A DNA stretch of 54,404 bases from Gemmatimonadaceae bacterium (GCA_039924445.1 JBDTAW010000032.1:1-54404); one strand, 5' to 3'; positions 39,011 through 49,743 are shown, numbered from the stretch's first letter. Numbers and translations are program-made. Notes: generated by a model from the letters alone, not told the origin.

Positions 39011-40081
39011 TCAAGGCGCTACGGGTCCCGGAGTCAGCGGCGTAGTGCATGACGACCAGGTACCATTACCAGCACGAGCCAGAAACTTCTGCGCTTCCGG
39101 CGCGCGGTTGAGGTTCATCAGCGCACAACCGAGATATCCCTGCGCTGCACTGTCGTTCGGATTCAACTGTATAGCGCGGATGAGGAAATTCCGTGCGAGT
39201 GACGGATTCCGGCTCGCGAGCAGAAAGATCCCCATCTCCCGCTGAGCCGGTTCGTAGCCTGGTTCGATGCGGATTGCGGTGACGAGCTCCTGCCGCGCAG
39301 TGCTCATATCGGGCGGCGTATCCGTCCGCGCCAGGCGCGACAGAAATACGTGTGGCGCCGCTTTGTCGGGGTAGTCGGAAACCAGCTGACCAAATGCCTG
39401 TCGCGCAGCTTCCGTGCGACCGGTACTCATCAAACTGATAGCGTTCGCCATGTCCCCGTCGAACTTCTTCCCTTTCTGCATCATGTAAGCTGCAAAGGCC
39501 ACACCGATCACCAGCAGTACAACCAGAATCCCAACGACGATCGGAGCTCGGGAGCGTCGAGCAGCAGCAACCGGTCCCGAAGCGGATCGGGCCAGGACAC
39601 TCGCGGGATCCGCCGCAGCTGGCGTTGCGCCTGCGACATTTGACGTGGATGCGCCGGGGCCTCCGGGTGCGAATGTCGACGCCGGCGTGCCACCTGTAGT
39701 CGTCGTCGTTGCAGCCGGCCGAGCCGTCGAGTCCGCTACAACGCGGACCAGTTCGTTATATCCCGAGCGTGCGAAACCGATGTCGGTCAACGTCGGTTTA
39801 TAAGCAACATCCTCGGAGCGACTTCGCGCATCCCAGAAACTCGCCAGCGTGTTGGCCTGTTCGAGGTTGAGTTCGCCTCGCTGACGCACTTCACGCACAA
39901 GCTCCTGTCCGGACAGCGTTGAGCCGCCGAGCATTGCGCGCATCGCTGCCTCACTCGCAACCCAGAGTTCGAGAATGTCTGCAGCCGCGTCCTCAGGACC
40001 GCGGATCTGATCGAGCCGACCATAAACTTCACGACCCTTGCTCAGCGCCGCCTGTGCGGCGGCGCGGTCAGACGGCGTCAC
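39011..40081 (-). CDS. Membrane-anchored TPR-repeat protein
   Basis: Central TM (IVVGILVVLLVIGVAFAAYMM), a low-complexity Ala/Thr/Pro linker, and C-terminal TPR-like repeats. Confidence 0.6.
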   Translation of the reverse strand: MTPSDRAAAQAALSKGREVYGRLDQIRGPEDAAADILELWVASEAAMRAMLGGSTLSGQELVREVRQRGELNLEQANTLASFWDARSRSEDVAYKPTLTDIGFARSGYNELVRVVADSTARPAATTTTTGGTPASTFAPGGPGASTSNVAGATPAAADPASVLARSASGPVAAARRSRAPIVVGILVVLLVIGVAFAAYMMQKGKKFDGDMANAISLMSTGRTEAARQAFGQLVSDYPDKAAPHVFLSRLARTDTPPDMSTARQELVTAIRIEPGYEPAQREMGIFLLASRNPSLARNFLIRAIQLNPNDSAAQGYLGCALMNLNRAPEAQKFLARAGNGTWSSCTTPLTPGPVAP

Positions 40082-41235
40082 CTTGCGATACGGAGCAGTC
40101 CTGCCGTCGCGCTCCCTTTGATGAAGCTCTCAGGGTCACGCCACGGAATCTCGACTCCCGTCTTGCCATAGCCTCGACGGGCTTCAGTTGCCATGTATTG
40201 GTCGATAGGAAGACCCGCCGCCTTCTGATCTCGCATCTGCTGCACGATTTCCTCCCAGGTGCCCTGGTACGTATGCCCTCCACTTTCGATCATGTGGTGA
40301 GTCACTGGCAACTCCTGGACCTCCGCGACCGCGGACTCCGCTCCAGCCTTCTCCCCATCTACGAGCGAGGTGAGCATCGCACCAAACATCTCAATCTGGT
40401 CCCTCGCCACCTGCTGGTCCCGCTCCATCGCCTTCGCCTCGAGTTCGGCCAGCATCTCGTCGATATCGTCCGGCTCACCGGCCAGCTCTCGAACCCGTTC
40501 TTCCCAAGGCTTCAACTCGGGATCGCCGTCCACCAGCTTGAAAATCGACTTTTTCAGTTCTATAAGGCGCCAGATCCCCAGTTCGTCCCAGTGATCGTCC
40601 GGATTGGACTTGTCCAGATGATACAGCGCAGCCTCGTAGTCGCCGCGATCGTACAGAATATTGCCCAGATAGACCCGGGCCTCAACATGGTCCGAATCCA
40701 GTCTGAGGGCGGCTCTGAGGGTGACTATCGCGGCCTCGTCTTCCCCGAGCCTGTGCTGGGCATAGCCCACGCAGGACACCGCCTCCGCGCTTTCAGGGGC
40801 ATTCTGGACAGCAATCTCGAAGAACTCCCTGGCCGGCTCGATCATCCCCTCGCGGAACAGCGCGCGGCCGATCTGAAGCATCAGGTCCAGATCGTCGGCA
40901 TAGCCAAGCTCCAGCGAACGCCTGAAGCAATGCAGCGCGGCATCCCGCTGGCCAAATTTGAGCAGGGTTTCACCGACGCCAGCAAGGGCGTCCTCGTGAT
41001 CGGGGTCCAGCACCAACGCCTCTTCAAAGGCACGGCGAGCCCAGGCGAATTCCTCGCGGGCGTGGTGGGCGTATCCCACGCCGATGTGAAGCTCCACAGC
41101 GCTGGGGTACAGTGTGAGACCTTCGCGAAGTACCGCTAATGCTTGATCGTACTCACCCTCGTTATAAAGTTGGTGCGCGCGTTCGTCATATTCTTCGGAC
41201 GAAAGGAATGGGTTGGGCATCCTGGACACCTCCAT
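40078..41235 (-). CDS. TPR-repeat protein
   Basis: Multiple TPR units (YNEGEYDQALAVLREGL, AWARRAFEEALVLDPDHEDAL, and others). 4-nt overlap with the downstream TPR gene. The start may be at 41220. Confidence 0.7.
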   Translation of the reverse strand: MEVSRMPNPFLSSEEYDERAHQLYNEGEYDQALAVLREGLTLYPSAVELHIGVGYAHHAREEFAWARRAFEEALVLDPDHEDALAGVGETLLKFGQRDAALHCFRRSLELGYADDLDLMLQIGRALFREGMIEPAREFFEIAVQNAPESAEAVSCVGYAQHRLGEDEAAIVTLRAALRLDSDHVEARVYLGNILYDRGDYEAALYHLDKSNPDDHWDELGIWRLIELKKSIFKLVDGDPELKPWEERVRELAGEPDDIDEMLAELEAKAMERDQQVARDQIEMFGAMLTSLVDGEKAGAESAVAEVQELPVTHHMIESGGHTYQGTWEEIVQQMRDQKAAGLPIDQYMATEARRGYGKTGVEIPWRDPESFIKGSATAGLLRIAR

Positions 41236-41258
41236 TCGATCGGATAAAGTGCTGTCAA

Positions 41259-41288
41259 ATTCTACTCGGCAAAGTACACTTTGTTCAA
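41259..41288 (-). promoter_or_regulatory. Putative sigma70-type promoter for the TPR gene pair
   Basis: On the minus strand: TTGAAC-N18-TAGAAT, about 25-40 nt upstream of the start codon and GGAGGTG RBS. Confidence 0.25.
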
Positions 41289-41468
41289 GAACTTGACACT
41301 ACAAATATTGAGCAAGGACCACTCTGGCAACATCCGCGACCTTTTAATGCTTCTTAATGCTTCGGACCGCCGCCTGCCAAACCACACAGGCGCATCGGGG
41401 TATTATATTGTGAAGTCTCGGCCCGATCGCTCCTGTGATAACAGAGTGGTCGGGCCGATTTGCGTTTC

Positions 41469-42677
41469 TCAAGTAACTGTCGCGGCGCGCGCCGCCTGCG
41501 TGAACTGAGCCCAGTCGCCCGAAGCAATGCACTCGTCGATGGCACCGATGCACGCTTCGAGCTCCTCGTCCCGAGTGTAGAAATGCGGCCCAATTCGGAT
41601 GCCTGCCCCGACGCGATAGTCCACGATGATGTCTCGCGACAACAGGTACTGCGCCACCTCATGACCGTGCGGGACGTCGAAAGCAACAGTACCCCCGCGA
41701 TCAGCTGACCTGCGAGGCGCGTGGACTGGGTAACCACGCGCGTCTGCCGCCCCAATCAACCATTCTGTTTGACGAATGGACTTTGCGCGAATGGCGTCAA
41801 TGCCAGCGCGGAGAAGAATCTCCGGACCAGCCGTCGCGGCAAACAGCGCAGGGATGGCGGGAGTTCCTGTCAGCCAGCGTTCTATCCCCTCCGCATAATC
41901 CATCTCTTGCTCGAACGCGAATGGGTGAACATGCGCCTGCCAGCCCGTAAGCGCAGGTTCCAGCGATGCGCGAACGCTCGGAGACACGTAGAGGAACGCC
42001 GCGCCAGGTCCACCGCAAAGCCACTTCAACACGCCGCCAGTCATGAAATCAACGCCAGACTCTGCGACGTTCACAGGAATTACACCCACAGAATGGTACC
42101 CGTCGAGCGAAACCAGCGCGCCTGCTCCGTGCGCATGCGCACATATGGCGTCTGCATCCATAATAAATGCTGACTTGAACAGCACGTGCGACACGCAGAC
42201 AAGGCGAACCCGCTCGTCGATCGCGGCGAGTAACCGATCCCTGTCGATCGTCAAGCCGTCATCAGACGGCACCACAACTACACGGCCGCCAAGACGGCGA
42301 ACGAGTTCCGCGTACGCATAGCGGACCGATGGAAAATCAAGTTCCGTCATTACAACCGTGTTGCGCGGACCGCTGAAATCCATCGCCGATAGAACAATTG
42401 ATTGGGCGATGCTGACATTGGGTTGCATTGATACGGAGCGCGGCTCCGCACCAATGAGCGGGGCGATGACGTCACCCACACTCACCGGCATCTCCCACCA
42501 GCCCTTGGCCCACGCCCGCACCCCAAGCTCCGACCAGTCGCGCGTGTACTCTGCCATCCTGTCCGCAACTGCGCGTGGCATCGCGCCAAGCGAATTGGAA
42601 ACCAGGTAGTTGGATCGCGCGAGTATTGGAAACTCGTCACGAAACGCGAGCAGTCCGTCGCTCATGCTTTCACCCAC
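41469..42677 (-). CDS. Class V aminotransferase-fold PLP enzyme (kynureninase-like)
   Basis: 402 aa. N-terminal FRDEFPIL...YLVSNSLGAMP and WSELGVRAWAKGWWEMP resemble the kynureninase family. Specific function not verified. Confidence 0.6.
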   Translation of the reverse strand: MGESMSDGLLAFRDEFPILARSNYLVSNSLGAMPRAVADRMAEYTRDWSELGVRAWAKGWWEMPVSVGDVIAPLIGAEPRSVSMQPNVSIAQSIVLSAMDFSGPRNTVVMTELDFPSVRYAYAELVRRLGGRVVVVPSDDGLTIDRDRLLAAIDERVRLVCVSHVLFKSAFIMDADAICAHAHGAGALVSLDGYHSVGVIPVNVAESGVDFMTGGVLKWLCGGPGAAFLYVSPSVRASLEPALTGWQAHVHPFAFEQEMDYAEGIERWLTGTPAIPALFAATAGPEILLRAGIDAIRAKSIRQTEWLIGAADARGYPVHAPRRSADRGGTVAFDVPHGHEVAQYLLSRDIIVDYRVGAGIRIGPHFYTRDEELEACIGAIDECIASGDWAQFTQAARAATVT

Positions 42678-42678
42678 G

Positions 42679-44349
42679 CTATTTCTCGCTCAGCGACTTT
42701 TCGCGAGCTGCGCGGAATTCCGCGTTCGCGTTCCATGTTGGAACCGTCGATGCATTGGCGAGCTGTACGCCGAAACGGTACGCAATCGTTGCGAGTTGAG
42801 CCGTGCCGGTGAGTGGCCATTTCGGATCGTATTCATCAGAAGGCTGATGATAACGATTCGTGACAAAATCCTCCTGATGCGCCTTGCCCCAACCGGCTGG
42901 CTTTCCGACAAAATCTGTGCCCGCACCGATGGTCGCTGAAGGAATCCCGACGCGCGCGAGCGAGAAGTGATCAGAACGATAGAAAGAGCCGGCTTCCGGA
43001 TGCTCGTCCGGAGAAATCCGCATGCTGTCAGGCTTGATCATCGCTGCAATGTCGGGGCCGAGCGAACTCTTGGTATCGCCCATGACTGTAAGGTCACGCA
43101 CCGGGCCATCGGGATTGGCTTCGTCGATATTCAGGTCTGCAATTATGTCGCGAGCAGGAACCGGTGGGTGCTCGCCAAAGTACTGCGAACCCAACAAGCC
43201 CGCTTCCTCTGCAGTGACGAACACGAACATGCGCGATCGTTTGGTCTTCACGGGTTCAAGCGCGGCGGCATGCGCAATCGCCAGGACCGCAGCCACACCA
43301 GACGCGTTGTCGTATGCACCGTTGTAGATGGAGTCTCCCTTGATCGCCGGACCAATGCCGAAATGGTCGTGGTGTGCGCTGTACACCACATATTGCGATT
43401 CCAACTTCGGATCGGAGCCGCTCACGACGCCAACGACATTGTTAGCGGCAAGATGCGCGACGCTGCTGGTGAAGGACATGTCCATCGTAATGCCCGTCGG
43501 CACCGGCCGGAAATCACGTGAATCCGCCTGCTTGACAAGCGCGTCGAGATCAAGACCTGCCTGCTTCAGCAGGCTCGCGGCGACGTCGTGCTGAATCCAC
43601 CCACGCACGCCGATTGGCGCCGGCCCATTCTCCGGTCGCGCAAGCATGCGATGTTCAGTTGAGTTGGACGAAACAACAACCTGCCACGGATAACCAGCTT
43701 CATACGTAGTATGAATGACCAGCATGCCAGCTGCGCCCTGTCGCTCAGCTTCCTCAAACTTGTATGTCCAGCGGCCGTAGTACGTCATTGCCTTGCCACC
43801 GAACAGGTCCGGCTCCGCTGCAGTTGCTGGCGGATCGTTCACCAGTACAAGGAGAATCTTTCCCTTGAGATCAGTCCCTTTGAAATCATCCCATCGATAT
43901 TCTGGAGCAGTTGCACCATAACCTATGAACACCACTTCACCCCTCGCCTCACTCTTCGGTATCGCGGATCCTGCCCACACAACGACATCGCCAGTGGAAT
44001 GAAGGCTTGCGTGCGCCTTCCCCGAAGCAGTTACCCTGATCGTGGCCGGATCGGCCGTCACGACATCGATCGGAACCTCCTGAAAATAGGAACCGTTGAT
44101 ACCGGGCTTGACACCGTAGGAGGCCAGTTGCGCCGCGATATAATGTTCCGCCAGGGCTCCGCCACGCGTCGCCGGCGCACGCCCTTCGAGCAGGTCCGAT
44201 GACAGGAACTGCAGATTCGCGCGAATTTCCGGGATCGCGATCGCAGACGCGCTCGCCTCATGGGTCGACTCTGGCGAGGGCGTGCAAGCGACAAAAACGA
44301 CTGCGAGTCCGGCGAGGAGCGCTGGGCGGGAGACGGGCACGATTGTCAC
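42679..44349 (-). CDS. M28 family metallopeptidase with PA domain
   Basis: Lipoprotein-like signal, LEGRAPATRGG, YSAHHDHFG, AYDNASGVA, TAEEAGLLGS and YHQPSDE motifs. Confidence 0.85.
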   Translation of the reverse strand: MTIVPVSRPALLAGLAVVFVACTPSPESTHEASASAIAIPEIRANLQFLSSDLLEGRAPATRGGALAEHYIAAQLASYGVKPGINGSYFQEVPIDVVTADPATIRVTASGKAHASLHSTGDVVVWAGSAIPKSEARGEVVFIGYGATAPEYRWDDFKGTDLKGKILLVLVNDPPATAAEPDLFGGKAMTYYGRWTYKFEEAERQGAAGMLVIHTTYEAGYPWQVVVSSNSTEHRMLARPENGPAPIGVRGWIQHDVAASLLKQAGLDLDALVKQADSRDFRPVPTGITMDMSFTSSVAHLAANNVVGVVSGSDPKLESQYVVYSAHHDHFGIGPAIKGDSIYNGAYDNASGVAAVLAIAHAAALEPVKTKRSRMFVFVTAEEAGLLGSQYFGEHPPVPARDIIADLNIDEANPDGPVRDLTVMGDTKSSLGPDIAAMIKPDSMRISPDEHPEAGSFYRSDHFSLARVGIPSATIGAGTDFVGKPAGWGKAHQEDFVTNRYHQPSDEYDPKWPLTGTAQLATIAYRFGVQLANASTVPTWNANAEFRAAREKSLSEK

Positions 44350-44442
44350 CTCTTGGGTTGAATGGAAGCGCGTTTTAGGTATGCAGATAAATTACCCGCA
44401 ACGGTGCGATTCCGTATCCGTACGAAACTCAGACTGAGGGAG

Positions 44443-46071
44443 ATGGTCACTTCAACGCCACGCACAACCCGGTTCGAACCACGACAGATCGCCGCGCTGA
44501 TTGCACTTCAGCTCGGACTGCTCGCCGTAGTACTCGCGGCGACTCCCTTCAAGCAGTTCGATCTCGATCGGTTTTTCGTTCCGAAAGAGCTCGCGCTCCA
44601 CGTCGCGGCGTTCCTTGCAGTCGTCTTCTGTCTGAGCAGACTCCGAAGTCTCGCGCTCGACCGGGTGGACTATCTTCTGCTCACGTTCGCGCTGCTGTCC
44701 CTTGTATCCGCGTTCCTCGCCTCGAATCGCTGGCTCTCAATGCGTTCGTTTGCGGAAACGCTGTCGGGACTGGCGATCTTCTGGTGTGCTCGATCACTCT
44801 CCCGCGCCGGACTCAAGCGACCGCTCGTCGCCGTGATCGTACTGGCGACAGTCGTCGGCGCCGCCACATCACTCGTCCAGGCATACGGCTTTGAGAGTGA
44901 ATATTTCACGCTCAGTCGCGCTCCCGGCGGTACATTCGGCAATCGCAACTTTGTTGCACACGTCGCTGCGATAGGCACGCCGCTGCTCATCTGGTACGCT
45001 GTCACAGCCAGGCGAAGTATCGCGGTCGCATTTTGCGCCATAGGTGGCGCAGTCCTCGCCGCTGCACTGGTCCTTTCGCGGTCGCGCGCCGCATGGCTCG
45101 CGCTACTCGTGACAGCTGTGCTGCTCGCTATTCCAGCATGGCGCGCCGCGAGGCGCGTGCCGCACGCAGACGCCTCACGAAGGTTGTTGTTCATTGGCGC
45201 GGTCGCTGTCGGCGGCGTCATCCTTGCTCTCGTGCTACCCAACCGACTCAACTGGAAGAGCGATTCTCCATACCTCGATTCGGTTCGCGGGGTTGTCGCA
45301 TACAACAGTGGCAGCGGCAGGGGTCGCCTGATTCAGTACGGCAACACGCTGCACATGGCTGAGGCCCATCCCATTCTTGGCGTCGGGCCCGGCAACTGGC
45401 CCGTTTACTATCCCAAATTCGCAACACGAAACGACCCGTCACTGTCTCACAACGATGGAACGACCGCGAATCCGTGGCCCAGCAGCGATTGGGCGACACT
45501 GATTTCCGAACGTGGGACAATCGCGGTCGTGATACTTCTGCTGGCGTTTGTCGGCATGATCGCGAATGCATTCCAATCGACTCGCGGCAGCAGTGCAAAC
45601 AATCCTGGTGCCCGTGACCCATTTCTTCCAATCGCGGTAACCGCCACGATACTCATCACGGGTGCGGTCGGCGCTTTCGATGCAGTTCTGATTCTTGCTG
45701 CGCCGACATTCATCGTATGGGCTGCACTCGGCGCGCTTGCGGCACCGGGTCGTCCGCGTAGTCAGTGGTCTCCGTCGCCCCGTGGATTCCGATATCTCGC
45801 CCTGGCCGCATCCACCGCGCTGTTCATATTCTCGGCGCGATCTGCTGGCGCGACCATGGCAATGCAGGCGTTCGGAAACGGACAGCGACTGAGCAGTGTC
45901 CAGCGCTCGTCGATGCTGGATCCCGGTAGCTACCGTATCGAGCTAAGGCTCGCCATCCTCGCGTTCAATTCACATGGATGCGCCATGGCCAGACCACACG
46001 CGAGGCGAGCTGCGGGAATGCTGCCATCTGCAGGAGCGCCTCGCCGGCTGCTCGAACGCTGCGGTAGCTGA
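44443..46071 (+). CDS. O-antigen ligase (Wzy_C)-like polytopic membrane protein
   Basis: About 10-12 TM with a LSRSRAAWLALLV-type Wzy_C segment. Start assumed at MVTSTPR. Confidence 0.65.
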   Translation: MVTSTPRTTRFEPRQIAALIALQLGLLAVVLAATPFKQFDLDRFFVPKELALHVAAFLAVVFCLSRLRSLALDRVDYLLLTFALLSLVSAFLASNRWLSMRSFAETLSGLAIFWCARSLSRAGLKRPLVAVIVLATVVGAATSLVQAYGFESEYFTLSRAPGGTFGNRNFVAHVAAIGTPLLIWYAVTARRSIAVAFCAIGGAVLAAALVLSRSRAAWLALLVTAVLLAIPAWRAARRVPHADASRRLLFIGAVAVGGVILALVLPNRLNWKSDSPYLDSVRGVVAYNSGSGRGRLIQYGNTLHMAEAHPILGVGPGNWPVYYPKFATRNDPSLSHNDGTTANPWPSSDWATLISERGTIAVVILLLAFVGMIANAFQSTRGSSANNPGARDPFLPIAVTATILITGAVGAFDAVLILAAPTFIVWAALGALAAPGRPRSQWSPSPRGFRYLALAASTALFIFSARSAGATMAMQAFGNGQRLSSVQRSSMLDPGSYRIELRLAILAFNSHGCAMARPHARRAAGMLPSAGAPRRLLERCGS

Positions 46072-46234
46072 ACGGCCGTCCACCGGGCGTCCCCGCGACC
46101 TCCAAATAGTATAGATTCAAGAAGCCTGTACGGCCGGAGTTTCGTGCCATACAGTGGCTCCGCTTTCCACCGTGCCCCGCCGGCCGCCGGCGTACTTCCG
46201 GCCGGCCGGGCGCGACCGCACTGAGAATCACACC

Positions 46235-49012
46235 ATGACGCACCCGAATTCGTTCGGATCTCGCGCGACGCTGAATGTCGCCGGACGCGACTACACCATT
46301 TTCCGCCTCGACGCCCTTTCGGGCCCTTCTGGTGGAAACTCGGATCGACTCCCCGTTAGCCTCAAAATCCTCCTCGAGAACCTCCTGCGGAACGAGGACG
46401 GCGCCTTCGTGAAGCCAGCCGACATCACCGCACTGGCAAACTGGCGAGTCAAGGACCGCGCTGAAAAGGAAATTGCCTTCAAGACAGCTCGCGTTCTGCT
46501 CCAGGACTTCACTGGCGTTCCAGCGGTAGTTGACCTCGCAGCCATGCGCGATGCACTCGCCAAACTCGGCGGCGATGCAACACGAATTAATCCGCTTCAA
46601 CCAGTCGATCTCGTAATCGACCATTCAGTTCAGGTCGACGAATACGGATCGGAAGCCGCATTCCTTATCAACGCAGACATGGAACTGCAGCGCAACCGTC
46701 AACGTTACGCATTCCTGCGATGGGGCCAGACGGCGTTCCGCAACTTCCGCGTCGTTCCACCCGATACCGGAATCGTTCACCAGGTTAATCTCGAATACCT
46801 CGCAAGCTGCGTCTTCACACGCGAGGACAACGGTGAAACCATCGCATATCCCGACTCACTTGTCGGAACCGACTCGCACACCACCATGATCAATGGTCTC
46901 GGCGTACTCGGCTGGGGCGTCGGTGGAATCGAAGCAGAAGCGGCAATGCTCGGGCAACCTGTCTCGATGCTCATCCCGGAAGTCATCGGCTTCAAGGTGC
47001 ATGGCAAACTGCCCGCCGGCGCAACTGCAACAGATCTCGTTCTCACCGTTACAGAAATACTTCGTAAGAAAAAAGTTGTCGGAAAGTTCGTCGAGTTCTT
47101 CGGCAACGGACTCTCGTCGCTGTCGCTTGCCGATCGCGCCACACTCGGTAACATGGCGCCTGAGTACGGCGCGACGATGGGCTTTTTCCCAGTCGATGAC
47201 GAGACGATTCGTTACTTGCGCTTCACCGGACGCGACGAGCAGCATGTCAAGCTTGTTGAAGCCTACTGCAAGGCGCAGGGAACTTACCGCACAGATGACA
47301 TGCCCGATCCCGAGTTCACCGACATCGTGGAACTGGATCTGAGCACCGTTACACCGAGTATTGCAGGCCCAAAGCGTCCGCAGGATCGCATCCCGCTGCG
47401 CGATGCAAAGAAGATGTTCCAGGACGCTCTTGAGCAGAATCTGGAGCGCGCGACGCCATCTGGTGCGGCGGCGATCCTGAGCCGCGCAAACGCCGTATCC
47501 GGACAGAATCAACTCTCTGCTTCGGTTGTTGCCACGGAATCGCCCGAAGCCGATGAATCCGTACGCGTAACTATGAACGGAGAGGATTTCTCGCTCCGCC
47601 ACGGATCGGTTGTCATCGCCGCAATCACGAGCTGCACCAACACAAGCAATCCCAGTGTCATGCTCGCCGCGGGTTTGCTAGCGCGCAACGCTGTTGCCAA
47701 GGGTCTGATGACCAAGCCGTGGGTGAAGACGAGCCTCGCTCCCGGATCGAAGGTTGTTACCGACTACTTCAACGCCGCCGGTGTCACCGAGCCACTCAAT
47801 GCCCTCCGTTTCAACACCGTTGGGTACGGTTGCACAACATGCATCGGCAACTCCGGGCCGCTCCCGCAGCCAGTCGGCGACGCTGTCGAAGCCGGCAAAC
47901 TCGTCGTCGCGTCGGTCCTGTCCGGGAATCGTAACTTCGAAGGGCGTATCAATCCGATGACGCGCTTCAATTACCTCATGTCGCCGCCACTCGTCGTCGC
48001 ATACGCGATCGCCGGACGCATGGACATCGACTTCGACACCGAACCACTCGGCATCGGCAAGGATGGACCCGTATTCCTGCGCGATGTCTGGCCCGCACCA
48101 AAGGAAGTCGCGGATGAGATACTTCGCAGCGTAAAGCCTGAGATGTTCCGCAAGCAGTATGCGAACGTCTTCGAAGGCGATGAAACATGGCGTTCGCTGC
48201 CCGTCCCCAAGGGTGTTCTCTACTCATGGGACGAATCTTCGACCTACGTGAAGAACCCGCCGTACTTCGAGGGCATGACGATGACGCCCCCCGGTGTGAA
48301 GCCGGTGAATGGTGCCAGAGTACTCGCCATGCTCGGTGATTCAATCACGACGGATCACATCTCCCCAGCAGGTTCAATTCCGGCAGCGAGCCCCGCAGGC
48401 AAATGGCTCATTGAGCACGGTGTTGCAACCAGGGACTTCAATTCATACGGATCGCGCCGCGGTAACCACGAAGTCATGATGCGAGGCACGTTCGCGAACA
48501 TCCGGCTTCGCAATGAGCTCGCCCCGGGTACGGAGGGTGGTTGGACTTCAACAGCACCTGGTGCAAAAGCCGAAACCATTTTTGACGTATCGATGGAATA
48601 CCAGAAGAATGGTACCCCGTTGATCATCATTGCCGGCAGAGATTACGGCATGGGCTCCTCACGCGATTGGGCGGCGAAAGGCACGTTGCTGCTCGGCGTG
48701 AGCGCGGTTATCGCGGAATCTTTCGAACGAATCCATCGCTCGAATCTCGTTGGCATGGGCGTGCTCCCACTGGAATTCGCAAGTGGAGAAACGCGTCAGT
48801 CACTCGGGCTTACCGGATTTGAAAAGTACGATATCGACGGTATGAACGATCAGATGGGTCCGCACGCTCAGGTGACCGTCCGCGCGACAGCGCAGGATGG
48901 CACCGTCCGCACGTTCAAGGCCCAATCGCGCATCGATACACCAGAAGAAATGCAATACTATCGGCACGGTGGCATCTTGCAATACGTTCTGCGTTCCCTC
49001 GTCGACCGCTAG
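46235..49012 (+). CDS. acnA: Aconitate hydratase A
   Basis: DHSVQVD, GTDSHTTM, ITSCTNTSNP, CTTCIGNSG and SGNRNFEGR motifs. Start at MTHPNSFGS. Confidence 0.95.
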   Translation: MTHPNSFGSRATLNVAGRDYTIFRLDALSGPSGGNSDRLPVSLKILLENLLRNEDGAFVKPADITALANWRVKDRAEKEIAFKTARVLLQDFTGVPAVVDLAAMRDALAKLGGDATRINPLQPVDLVIDHSVQVDEYGSEAAFLINADMELQRNRQRYAFLRWGQTAFRNFRVVPPDTGIVHQVNLEYLASCVFTREDNGETIAYPDSLVGTDSHTTMINGLGVLGWGVGGIEAEAAMLGQPVSMLIPEVIGFKVHGKLPAGATATDLVLTVTEILRKKKVVGKFVEFFGNGLSSLSLADRATLGNMAPEYGATMGFFPVDDETIRYLRFTGRDEQHVKLVEAYCKAQGTYRTDDMPDPEFTDIVELDLSTVTPSIAGPKRPQDRIPLRDAKKMFQDALEQNLERATPSGAAAILSRANAVSGQNQLSASVVATESPEADESVRVTMNGEDFSLRHGSVVIAAITSCTNTSNPSVMLAAGLLARNAVAKGLMTKPWVKTSLAPGSKVVTDYFNAAGVTEPLNALRFNTVGYGCTTCIGNSGPLPQPVGDAVEAGKLVVASVLSGNRNFEGRINPMTRFNYLMSPPLVVAYAIAGRMDIDFDTEPLGIGKDGPVFLRDVWPAPKEVADEILRSVKPEMFRKQYANVFEGDETWRSLPVPKGVLYSWDESSTYVKNPPYFEGMTMTPPGVKPVNGARVLAMLGDSITTDHISPAGSIPAASPAGKWLIEHGVATRDFNSYGSRRGNHEVMMRGTFANIRLRNELAPGTEGGWTSTAPGAKAETIFDVSMEYQKNGTPLIIIAGRDYGMGSSRDWAAKGTLLLGVSAVIAESFERIHRSNLVGMGVLPLEFASGETRQSLGLTGFEKYDIDGMNDQMGPHAQVTVRATAQDGTVRTFKAQSRIDTPEEMQYYRHGGILQYVLRSLVDR

Positions 49013-49169
49013 TTCGAACATGCAGTAGCAGCAGATCCAAACACCGCCGCGGTCCCCAACGGGATCGCGGCGGTGATAATCGTATCGCGGCGGCCGGTTG
49101 TGTCGATACTTTGCCTTGTGCAACACCTCTGGGGGTTGTACTTTCGCTCGCACTCCAACCTGTTTCTCC

Positions 49170-49721
49170 ATGGAAAACACCAGACCGCTGGCACGCGCAG
49201 GATACCTTCTTGCAGCCGCGCTTGTCATCATCCCTATTGCTGACTCAGCGCTGCCACTTCTACCACTTCGGCTCGCAGATGACCGGTGGAGATGGGGAGT
49301 CGTCGGACAACTCAGCAACGTCATGTTGTTTCCATTGGTGGGCTTCATTCTCGCCATCTGTCTCGCTGCCCTATCCGACAGTCAACGGATCAAGAGAGTC
49401 ATTGGAGCAATATGCGGCATCTTCGCCGTGCTGGTGTCAGTCATGACGATAGCCTTCGTCATCGACTACTTCCAGGTACTCAACCTGGTCAAGCCCGAGA
49501 TGCATCACAACATGGCGATTGCCAGCTCAATTGCCACAGCCAAGAACATCCTCACTATCCTCACGCTTGCACTGCTGAGCTGGGCCGGATTCACGGAGCC
49601 CAAATTTTCGACAACCCCCAGACAAACTCAAAAGCCGACTAGCCGACACGCGCCGACAGCCAGTCCCTTGATCGGTGTCGATGGCGGCGGGCCAACCACT
49701 CCGGGATCCCGCTCCAGATAG
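49170..49721 (+). CDS. Hypothetical membrane protein
   Basis: Start taken at MENTRPLARAG. Four hydrophobic segments and no motif. Confidence 0.45.
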   Translation: MENTRPLARAGYLLAAALVIIPIADSALPLLPLRLADDRWRWGVVGQLSNVMLFPLVGFILAICLAALSDSQRIKRVIGAICGIFAVLVSVMTIAFVIDYFQVLNLVKPEMHHNMAIASSIATAKNILTILTLALLSWAGFTEPKFSTTPRQTQKPTSRHAPTASPLIGVDGGGPTTPGSRSR

Positions 49722-49743
49722 CAGTCCCGCTTTCCAGCTTGGG

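Noticed and set aside
39919-41139. 406-aa plus-strand ORF antisense to the two TPR genes
   Set aside because: It spans the junction of two coupled minus-strand genes. Its composition is atypical, and the TPR repeats on the other strand are clear.
44461-44480. GGTTCGAACC, reminiscent of a tRNA T-arm
   Set aside because: It lies inside the O-antigen-ligase-like ORF, has no acceptor, D or anticodon arm complementarity around it, and is a simple palindrome.
45965-46624. 219-aa minus-strand ORF bridging the O-antigen-ligase 3' end and the acnA 5' end
   Set aside because: It overlaps two well-supported plus-strand genes and has no motif support.
49042-49075. Hairpin CACCGCCGCG...CGCGGCGGTG after acnA as an intrinsic terminator
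   Set aside because: It has a good 10-bp stem but no following T-tract, so I did not list it as a terminator feature. It may still act as a Rho-dependent or structural element.
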